Positions 52,889-64,000 of a DNA stretch of 64,000 bases are shown here, piece after piece. Location of the stretch: contig NC_043001.1 in assembly GCF_006345805.1 (NCBI RefSeq), positions 23,994,001 to 24,058,000 of the forward strand, in the 5' to 3' direction. Position 1 is the first letter of the stretch, and each line of letters opens with the position of its first letter. This DNA is from Octopus sinensis. Lineage: Eukaryota. A program made the translations under genes and the position numbers. A model generated the notes under the pieces. That model saw only the letters and a program-made list of their open reading frames with translations, ran no database searches and was not told where the DNA came from.

Positions 52889-52958
<70 letters not shown>

Positions 52959-53163
52959 CATATATATATATATGTGTGTTGTGTGGTGTATAAGGATATA
53001 TAATATATATTATATTTATATATATATATATACAGAGAGAGAGAGAGAGAGGTAGATATATAAAAATAAATAGGCAACATATTTATATAGATATGTAGAA
53101 ATACATATTCTATATGCTATATGTGTGTGTATTGGGTGTGTTGTTGTATTTATATAAATTTAC

Positions 53164-53220
<57 letters not shown>

Positions 53221-53353
53221 TATATATATATTATATATTATATTGTATATACATGTATATATATCTCTGTAGATATGTATATATATATATATATATATAT
53301 ACACTATTATATGTGTGTATATATATATATATATTATATATATATATATACTA

Positions 53354-53403
<50 letters not shown>

Positions 53404-53499
53404 ATATATATATGGGTTTTGTGTATATATATACATGCCTGCATGCATGTATGCGTGTGTGGTTGCTATATATTGAGAATGTTGTTGATGTAATTTTTG

Positions 53500-53837
53500 C
53501 GATTCTTGTTTTCGTTGACGTTGATGCTGTTGTTATGGCGGTTGTCGTTGTGAATTTTGCTAGTGCTGTCACTGTTTTTTGTTGTTTTTGTTGTTGTTGT
53601 TGTTGTTGATGTTGATGTTGACGTTGATGTTATTGTTGTTGTCGTTGTTGTTAGGCAACATGTTTGTTATTTATATCTGCGGATGCTAAATTTTTTTTTT
53701 TGTCAGCGACGTCTTCCACGAGCATTCTCCCCCTCCTCACTCTACCGTTATATTAGCCATCATCATTGCCATCGTCATCATCGCCATCGTCATCGCCATC
53801 ATCATCATCATCATCTTCATCATCATCATCATCTTCG

Positions 53838-53875
<38 letters not shown>

Positions 53876-53926
53876 GCCATCATCGTCGTCATCATCATCT
53901 TCATCATCATCAACATCATTGTCGTC

Positions 53927-53957
<31 letters not shown>

Positions 53958-54894
53958 TGGTCATCTTCACCAGCATCATCGTGGTTGTCGTTGTCATCGT
54001 AATCGCTTCTGTCATATTCTGTTGTTTATATAAATCGTCAACAGCAGCGTTAGTACTAGCTGCTCGAGCACACCACCACCACCACCCCGCTATGACCACC
54101 ACCACCGCCGCCACTACCACCACCACCACCACCACCGCCACACCACCACCACCGCCATCATCACCACCGCCGCCAATGCATTCCTTCTCAACAACGTCTT
54201 TTAGTGTTGTTGTTCGTGTTGTGGTTGTTTGCTGTTATTGATCCTGCAAAGGATGAAAGACAAAGACGATCCCGGGCTTTACCTTTCATCTATTCGGAGA
54301 TCGATGAAATGAAATCAAGTATCCAGTCAAATACTGCTATTGATGTAATCGATGGTGCCTTCCTTGCATTAACAACTCCACCTCCTCACCCCTTCCGCCC
54401 AAAATGTGTGGCCTTGTGCCTATATTAGACATCATCATCATCATCATCATAATCATTATCACCAGCAGCAGTAGCAGCAGCAGTAGCAGCAGCAGTAATA
54501 GCAGCAACGATGGCAATGTTAAAAATTATATTCAGCAATAAGCAATAATTATTTTCTTTTAGAAACCATGAATACGGAGATCATCACCATCACCATCATC
54601 ATCATAATCATCATCACCATCATCATCAACATCATCATTATCACCATCACCATCATCATCATCATCATCATCATCGCCATCACCACCATCATCATCATCA
54701 TCATCATCACCATCATCAACATCATCATTATCACCATCACCACCATCATCATCATCATCACCATCATCAACATCATCATTATCACCATAACCATCATCAT
54801 CAACATCATTATCATCATCATCAAACTTCGTCGTCATCATCATCGTCATCACCATCACCATCATCATCATCGTCATCGTCATCGTCATCATCGT

Positions 54895-54925
<31 letters not shown>

Positions 54926-55272
54926 CGTCATCGCCGTTGTCTTTCTACGCCACTCCCATCTCCTCAGTCTCGTCGTCCTTCTAGTCCCCTCCTCCTCCTC
55001 CCCCTCCTCCTTCCCCCGCCATCTTCTCTCTGTCGTCGTCATATTCCCCCCTCCGTTACCAACATCATCCTCTTCAGTTTTTGTTTTATAAGGATGATGA
55101 CTTCAGTGTTGGTGTCAGCAACACAACAACGTTGCTGTTGTTATGTTGTTCAACGTGATATGTTGTGACAGAACCACCACCACCACCACCACCACCACCA
55201 CCACCACCACCACCACCACCACCACAACCACCACCACCACCACCAAAACCACCACTACCACCACCACTACTT

Positions 55273-55326
<54 letters not shown>

Positions 55327-56271
55327 TTACTACTAGAAATAGCAACAGCACAAATAACAACCACAACAACTACAACACATACTCTTCACCACCACCATCA
55401 CCACCACAACCATCACCACCATCAACATTAACTTTACCACTGCCACCATTACTACCATCACCATCACCACCTTCGCTATTCCCCACACTGTCTTCATCAT
55501 CATCATCATCATCATCATCATTATCATTACCAATATCATCATTACCCCTCCACCACCGCCACCGCCACCATCATCGCCACCAACTTCATCAACATCAACA
55601 TCATCATATCATCAGCAGCAGCAGCAGTACCATCATCATCATCAACACTTCGAACTTACCAATAATAACACTGTGCACTGACACTTCACTAGCAGAACCT
55701 CTACCAAAACAAAACAAAAACACCATCACCACCACCACCACCACCACCACCACCACTACTGTTACCATCACCGTTACCGTAACCACCTTGCACCATTCGC
55801 CATCGTCAACATAGGTGTATAACACCATCATCTCACTGCAAACATCACTTTTCATATGATAATAATGATGATGATGACGATGATAATAATGATAATGATG
55901 ATGATTATCTTCATCGTCATCACCACCACCACTAACACCACCGAAACCATCAATGCCATCAGCGCGTAACCAACCGCGCATGCGTATCCAACATCGTCAA
56001 CACATACGATGCACATGGACATTCATCCAATCACAAACGAAATATATACTAACACCAAAATCAACGCCAATCTCATACCTGCCACCACTGCAGCACCGCT
56101 ACCACCACCACAACCACCACCACCACCACCAACCACCCACCACAACCACCACCACCATCACACCACCACCACCACCACCGCCTCCACCGCCGCCACTACG
56201 ACCACTACTACCGCCACCACGACCATCGTGTTTACTCAATACAAGCACACACACACACACACACACACTCA

Positions 56272-56310
<39 letters not shown>
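53500..56310. repeat. ~2.8-kb compound trinucleotide tract (GTT, CAT, CAC, TAC, CAG, GAT)
   Basis: Direct inspection; includes a degenerate SINE A at ~54240-54430. Confidence 0.9.
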
Positions 56311-56316
<6 letters not shown>

Positions 56317-56616
56317 CTTACACACCACCTCATATATCTGATACATCAAACGCAACGATGAGGAGCCGACACGTGGTCACTTGATGTGCTAGAATTAGCT
56401 GATTATGTCCCTCGATACACATTTTATCGTCTTAAAAAGATAACACTGGATAATGTAGCCCTGAGATACCCTTCTCATGAGAAAAGATGAGATGGTCACT
56501 GATGGAATACTTTTTACCATTGTCTGCTCTGTTACCATTGGCTTAAGACAATAATAATCACACACACAGACACACACACACACAGACACACAGACACATA
56601 CACACAGACACACACA

Positions 56617-56656
<40 letters not shown>

Positions 56657-57568
56657 ATACACACACACACAGACACACAGACACACACACACACACACAC
56701 ACATGTATTCCTACAATATGTGTCTATTGGTGTTGCTGCCATTTTGTGTGTGTAATTATGGCTGTACTGGAATGTTTGACGGGTTTTGTCTTTCATCCCG
56801 CAGGGTGTCCAATTAACACCCTTCTCACCAAGCAAGCTTGGTGGGGTTGCCGCTTTAGTCGCCGACGACCCGACCATGCAACAGGTTGTACTGGGTTACA
56901 TGTTACCAGTAGTACTCGAAAGTGACCTGACATAAAGGGCGGTGGAACTCTTGAGAGTCAACGGCCATCCAATAAATGTCTTAAGGCTGGATCATGCGCA
57001 GGGACATAGAAATAATCGGGCTGAATACCCGATCGCGTGGTTAAACCATTGGGAGTGAAGGACTCATAGCCTTTGTTAGAGCATCCTTCTAGGAGAAGAT
57101 AACTCAGGTAACTGGGATAACTCCGACATAAACTGCGGCTCAGTGGTTACCGATGATGTTGACTTGTTCTTGTTTTTGGATTATGGCTGCTGTTACTTAG
57201 TGAGTGAGATTGACTCAGTGCTCAGCCTTTCCTCACTTTAAAGAAAAAAAATCTTCTTACACAGACATTGCACGATAACAACATTGTTTAAGCTTCGTGC
57301 AATGGCCATACTCGATAACGAGGGGGCAGCCACCATTGGAATGTTTACAATAAGAGTGCAGAAGAATAGTAACTGTCGTGCTCCACCAAAAGAATCTGCC
57401 GGCTTAGAGAAACAATTAGACACAGATTGGTCAATAGTAAAAAGGACATGACTAAATTGCTACACTAAAAACCATTGGGTATTTAAATGCCCTATGGACC
57501 CTTATCTAGACTGATGCCCAGCATATTTTAACCATTTGATCTTGGGATTGCTACAAGTTGTCCGTCTG

Positions 57569-57830
<262 letters not shown>

Positions 57831-59827
57831 TCTTTTTGTCGTAGGGTTGCTTGATCAGATACAACATAGCTTACAACACAAGTACACAATATTACTAGCG
57901 CATACACAAGTATCGCGTATATACACGCGTACACACACATGCACATATATGTGCAATTATGGTGTACTGGGTATACGCAACAAGTGTTAAGTGCAGAAGC
58001 ATATTAAATGTCGTGCGCACCTCCAAACCGAGTGTTAACTCAACCACCTGCGTGACAATTGCCACCATCATCCATCTTTCGTGAAACTGATTAGTGTAGT
58101 CCTACACATACAAAACAAAAGGTTGACCAAACACTTTTGACCAAAAGCCTGTTTCATAAAAGCTGCCTGGAGACTAAAACAACGAATCATTTGTGTTTCT
58201 GGTGGTCATGGTTTCTCTTCCCATCCAAGTAACACTGGGAGAAAGCGATTAGAGATTTGCTAGAAAGAATAAGTCTGAGTAAACACTTTCGAATCACGTT
58301 CATTGCACTACATCTTTTGTTATAGCTATCAGGCATACACAATAATACTGACTGTGATCATCCTTGTTAAAAGAAAACAGCAAAAGTGTGCCATAAATCA
58401 TGAAGACAATTCCATTCGTTCTAACTGAGGCGCCAGTTGTTTGATACAGACCTAAAGCAAACTGTTTCCGGAAGCAAGTAGAACAATTTCTTATACCTCT
58501 TTCGTATCTTGAACATGTCCAGCTGTTTAAACAACAATGTCCCTACAACTTATCCTGAAAAATATCCCCCTTTGTAGTTCTGCTTAGTTAAAGACCTTGC
58601 AGTTTACACCAAGTATTGTGGAGAACAATTCTTGGCCTAAATATCCTCTAAGAATGTTTGTTTAATGTTGCATCATCGGAGCCCAGAATACCATCTAGGC
58701 CATTGACGCTCATTCCCCGTATTACCTTTCTATAGAAAACGAGGCCTGTTTTGTCACTGATAGTACCATTCAACTGGTGGAGAGCTGTGAGTTTTTTGAT
58801 AACATTCCAGATGCCAAGCTCCTATTTTCGGTCTACAGTTAATCCATACCTGTGATTCTACTTTCTGCTGAAAAGCCATTTTTACGAGAGCGCAATATCG
58901 ACTTTACTTTCAGGACAATATGCAAATGATTTAGTCTGATCACACGTTGTTACATCAGTAAAGGAAGCATGTTAAGATTCTGTATTAGTATGCGATCGTA
59001 TTGAATAACTTTTCCGTATCTTCCACTAAATTCAAACGTGCACGTACTCTAAATTGAATCAATTATTCCTCAGGGTATGGTATAGTTCTCAGATAGTATT
59101 ACATCACCGGAGTGATGTAAATGTCGACTATCTCTTTCTTGTGGCTCAGAGACAGCTTCTTACTGGCCCATTTCTAGATATGATTGCCCCATTTCTAGAT
59201 AGTTCAGAAAGAGAGCCCTAAAATTACTGAACATAAAAGTCATTCAGAACCCCTGTCAATTATAAAATCACTTTTCTCTTATTTTTCTTCTATCATAAAA
59301 TGCGTATGTCTCCCACACTCATTCACGAAGAAGAATAAGTGTGTATAAACACAAAACAAACACTGCACAGCAAGAAGAACTAAAAACTATGCGTACAAAT
59401 ATAAAAAAAAACAACAACAACAAAGCAATCCCATTCGACCCAAAGCTATCGGTGATAAGAGTTGCTTGAATCTAATATAACCAAACAATCAAACAACAAG
59501 AAAAACAGCAAAAAAGAAAGAAAGAAAGAAAGAAAGAAAAATCGGTAAACATTCAAAATGAGACTACTCTAACGGAACGGCCAATGTCTGACAATAGTGG
59601 CCATCAAACGAAAAAGGAAGTGATAAGAGAACAAAAGAACAAAGAATAGTACTTTAGAAGTACTATGTGTGTTTACAATGCAGCGCAATTATACCCAACT
59701 AGTGACAGCGTGATTTAACAAACATAAAAAAATATAAGAGAAGTAGAAACTTTCAAAGGCAAGAACATCTATATCTAAACTAACAAATATACGCAAATAT
59801 ATACTGAAAACAAGATACTAGAAATTG

Positions 59828-59863
<36 letters not shown>

Positions 59864-60108
59864 AGACAATGAAATCAGTACACCAAGGTACCATGAAATC
59901 TCTGAGTTTACAGTCGAGGAGGTGAAACATAACTTAAGAACGAACGTCAGAAACCAATGCACACCGATAACTTTCCAAATACCAGTATTAACAATCAATC
60001 TCGGCCAATGTCAATATCTCAGCGGTTTCACAGAGAACAGCAGCCGGGAGTTTCTCAGAAGAGGAGTAAAGCGCTGAAGAATTACTATTCGTACAGATGA
60101 CGCAAAAG

Positions 60109-60198
<90 letters not shown>

Positions 60199-60418
60199 GA
60201 GAAGAGCATTGTCGATGTGAGAACTGTTGCTGCTTATGTATTTTAATTTAACTTAAAAAAAAAAAAAAAATGAACGAACTATTGAGTTTGGTTTAATGGC
60301 CTACCAATGTATACTATGAGTTTCTTTGCCCTAGGAGTCGGGAAGACACTCGGCAAGAAATGGAAGCAAATTTGAAAGAAGGAAAAAAAAAATAATAATA
60401 ATAATCATAATCATAATC

Positions 60419-60472
<54 letters not shown>

Positions 60473-60473
<1 letters not shown>

Positions 60474-60819
60474 CAATACCTGTTGTCATAGAGGCCCTGG
60501 GAATGAGAGCAAAAGGGGCTGATTGCTACCTAACTCAAATACCAGGAAACCCCAAAATTGCAGAAATTCAAAAGATAGTGCTCATGGGAACAGCTCATAT
60601 CCTACGCAAAATACTTTCTATGTAATCTCAAGGTTTAAAACAAACATAATTTTCGGTTTTTTTTTTAGACATTCACTAGTACAACACCAACCCCCCCCCC
60701 CCAAATATATGGCACACTAGGCATAACAACATGAACTTCCAACCTGTTGTCTCTTGAGGTCTCTGGGTGAGACTTGGAGCCAACTTGTACAAATATAAAG
60801 CAAAAGTCAAACATAGAAT

Positions 60820-60825
<6 letters not shown>
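60473..60825 (+). mobile_element. 5'-truncated R4/Dong-like LINE end embedded in (AAT)n
   Basis: TIPVVIEALGMRAKGADCYLTQIPGNPKIAEIQKIVLMGTAHILRKILSM* (60473-60625); (AAT)n on both sides, as expected for TAA-targeting Dong elements. Confidence 0.8.
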
Positions 60826-60863
<38 letters not shown>

Positions 60864-60883
60864 TGATGATGATGATGATGGTG

Positions 60884-60925
<42 letters not shown>

Positions 60926-60930
60926 TAATG

Positions 60931-60970
<40 letters not shown>

Positions 60971-60996
60971 TGATGATGATGATGATGATGATGGTG

Positions 60997-61027
<31 letters not shown>

Positions 61028-61077
61028 TAATAATAATAATAATAATGATAATAATAATAATAATAATAATAATAATA

Positions 61078-61411
61078 GGGGAGCATCATAGCCGTGTGTT
61101 GAAAGGAATTCTTGCAGGTTTGGATAATTCACCTTTGGAAACATGGGTGGTTTGTTCAACATCCTTAAACAATCCTTATTCAGGGACTGTTTGAGCAGGA
61201 TGGGCTACTCGACCAGAAGAAAATTCTAACTGGGCCCCACCTGCAAGGTCATGTGCTGTTTATCTTGATATGAGATCACCATGTCGCGTACATATGGTTG
61301 TGATGCATATGCCTGGTGTACCCTTATCAGATGGGTAGTCATGATGGATATACTGGGCTTCATATATTTTACCCCAGTGTCACTTTGATGGCATGCACTG
61401 CTCTATCACTC
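61078..61411. mobile_element. Unclassified interspersed-repeat-like segment between (AAT)n tracts
   Basis: Complex 330-bp block bounded by trinucleotide tracts; possibly a LINE 3' UTR. Single copy in this window. Confidence 0.35.
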
Positions 61412-61433
61412 AATAATAATAATAATAATAATA

Positions 61434-61480
<47 letters not shown>

Positions 61481-61500
61481 TAATGATGATGATGATGAGT

Positions 61501-61532
<32 letters not shown>

Positions 61533-61819
61533 AACGGTCAATAGGATTGCGGGAGGCGTCATTTGACATCTCAGATAATAGCTACAAAAAAGAGACAGCG
61601 TGTAAAACAAACCAATCTAGCAACAGAAAATCTTAGAATCGTTAGCATGCCAAACGTATGGCGGAATGGCTCAGACATTATCCACCTGGACATTGCCAGA
61701 AGGTCCTACACTCTGCTAAGAACAGTTATAAATAATAGAGAAACTTTTCGTACAAACTTTCTCTATCAGTTCGAAGGGTTGGGCAACTCTCATCTCAAAA
61801 AAGTTAAACACCGCCAATC

Positions 61820-62245
61820 TTAGGCATAAGAGTGGCTGTGTGGCAAGTAGGTTGCTTACAAACCACATGGTTCCGGGCTCAGTTCCACTGCGTGGCACCT
61901 TGGGCAAGTGTCTTCTGCTATAGCCTCGGGTTGACCAAAACCTTGCGAGTGGATTTGGTAGACGGAAATTGAAAGAAGCCTGTCGTGTATATGTATATAT
62001 ATATGTATGTATGAATGTGTGTGTATATGTTTGTGTGTCTGTGTTTGCCCCCCCCCCCCAACATTGCTTGACAACCGATGCTGGTGTGTTTGCGTTCCCG
62101 TAACTCAGCGGTTCGGCAAAAGAGACCGATAGAATAAGTACTAGTCTTACAAAGAATAAGTCCTGGGGTCGATTTGCTCGACTAAAGGCGGTGCTCCGGC
62201 ATGGCCACAGTCAAATGACTGAAACAAGTAAAAGAGTAAAAGAGT
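61820..62245 (+). mobile_element. SINE family B, full length
   Basis: Colinear with 2593-3075. Confidence 0.85.
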
Positions 62246-62676
62246 AATCCAAAAGAATTACAGTTGCTATCATTTGTCTATTCACAATACGTGAAACCTC
62301 AGCATCCATATCTCTGGTAGATTGCAAGAACATCTTAAAAATAGAAAATTTATCAGATGACTATAAGGAATGCCATAAAGAAACATATAGATGGCAGGAC
62401 TAACTCCTCAGTAGACAAAGTGAAAGTAGAAAATAACACACGAAAGAGAGAAAACTGAAGTATAGCTTTGAGTGACTATAGTAAAACATTTGATGGTATC
62501 TCAACTGTTGTATAGTGGAAGAACATTAAATACCTAAGGTAGCAGCAATACCAAGAGTTTCTGTCAACCGTGTGTAAAACAGGGCAAGAGAAATAGAAAA
62601 GAATTGAAGAGAAGATAACAAACTTATTCTCGTGAACAAATTTTCCGACACTGATACACTTAAAGCATCGACTGCA

Positions 62677-63063
62677 GTGGAGGCGCAATGGTCCAATGGT
62701 TAGGGCAGCGGACTCGCGGTCGGAGGATCGTGGTTTCGATTCCCAGACCGGGCGTTGTGTGTGTTTATTGAGCGAAAACACCTAAAGCTCCGCGTGGCTC
62801 CGGCAGGGGGGGGGGGTGGCGACCCCTGTTGTACTCTTTCGCTCCAACTTTCTCTCACTCTTTCTTCCTGTTTCTTGTCCCCGACTTCCTACGCAACCGC
62901 TGAGCCTGGATGCGCATTCATCCATCCGTCGATGCTCTCGGTGTCGGGGGTTGACCTGCTTTCTTTTCTGTGGGTCTTACGAATAGCAAAGGACCACGTT
63001 TCGGACTTCTCCCACTAGGACGAAGACCGCTACGCTCAACAACAACAGCAACAGCAGCAGCAG
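62677..63063 (+). mobile_element. tRNA-derived SINE (981-type head), tail type 3, 8-bp TSD
   Basis: Head and body match 981-1175; different tail ending (CAA/CAG)n; TSD cgactgca at 62669-62676 and 63064-63071. Confidence 0.85.
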
Positions 63064-63709
63064 CGACTGCAATAGGAAACCGGTAAATTATTTCTTGTAT
63101 ACGGATTATATCCCAATGGTCTAAATACTCATATAAACGCTCGACATGCCAGAAATAGTAGCTAAATCGTTAAATCGCACCAAATTGTTGGAGGAAATAT
63201 ATATAGATTTTTGTAGTCATAGGTACTTCAACAGAAATAAGAAAAATAATGTAGATAGAGACGGGATGGTCCCGGCTGAAATGTCTTTAATCGTTGGTCT
63301 GTTCGATAAGAGACGACCTACAGCTAAGTTACATCATCAAGTTAGATAAAGAACACGGTGCTACATACACAAATTATATACGTGTGTGTGTATGTGTATG
63401 TGTGTGAGTGTATGTGTGCGTTCGTGCCTGCATATATGTGTGGTGTGTGTATGTGCATATGAGTGTGTGTATGTGTGTGTTGATATCTCGTCTGACATGC
63501 TGCAGTATATCTGAAGAGACGTCAATATTGTCCAGTAGCAATAATCGGCGAAAATCCAACAGTAACATTCTGTCTAGTTATATACCACAACCAGTGGCAT
63601 ATTGTTTTAACTCACGACGATAAATTATATATATATATATATGTATGTATGTATGATGGATGTATGTATGTATGATGGATGTATGTATGTATGTATGTAT
63701 GTATGTATG

Positions 63710-63779
<70 letters not shown>

Positions 63780-63819
63780 ATATATAGTATGTATATATAT
63801 CTTTCTCTCTCATATATAT

Positions 63820-64000
63820 ACACATATATAGATCGTTAGCTACTACACGCATTTTTTTCTCTCCTTGTTTTTTCCTGTGTACCTTTCTGCCGAAGAGCGT
63901 AGGCTCGAAACGTAAAAAAACTTTTTCTATTCCTGAGCGCTATACTAATACATTTGTTTGTTTGTACTCTAGCTGCCTCCGTCTTTTGTTTATTTTCGTA
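63820..64000 (+). mobile_element. pLTR-like unit with HHR-like motif (core CTGCCGA, 63883-63918)
   Basis: Same family as 44575 and 52730; runs off the window end. Confidence 0.7.

Noticed and set aside
59870-60080. Open frame ...HEISEFTVEEVKHNL... as a host exon
   Set aside because: No clear splice signals or recognisable domain.

Overview
Repeat-dense, AT-rich eukaryotic DNA with no recognisable host protein-coding exon. The SINE families and microsatellite load resemble an octopod cephalopod genome (inference). A 100-N scaffold gap lies at 52630-52729. Content: many tRNA-derived SINEs (several with target-site duplications, TSDs), non-autonomous Helitrons, MITEs, and decayed hAT, pogo/Tigger, Tc1/mariner and possibly piggyBac transposases. 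Non-LTR remnants include CR1/L2-type RT, RLE-type R4/Dong/NeSL-like ends, and an L1/Tx1-like element with only a zinc-knuckle ORF1. The main unexplained signal is a dense set of type I hammerhead-ribozyme (HHR) motifs, about 15 intact or decayed, in short Penelope-like (PLE) pseudo-LTR units. These units sit against (TA)n or (AAT)n tracts and often carry fold-back inverted duplications. One unit lies just downstream of a Penelope GIY-YIG remnant (14491-15420). One forms a 363-nt-period, non-coding, retrozyme-like dimer whose core reads U3-A8 (48172-48805). One multi-copy family consistently lacks the conserved A6. All folds and alignments were made by eye; no activity is shown.
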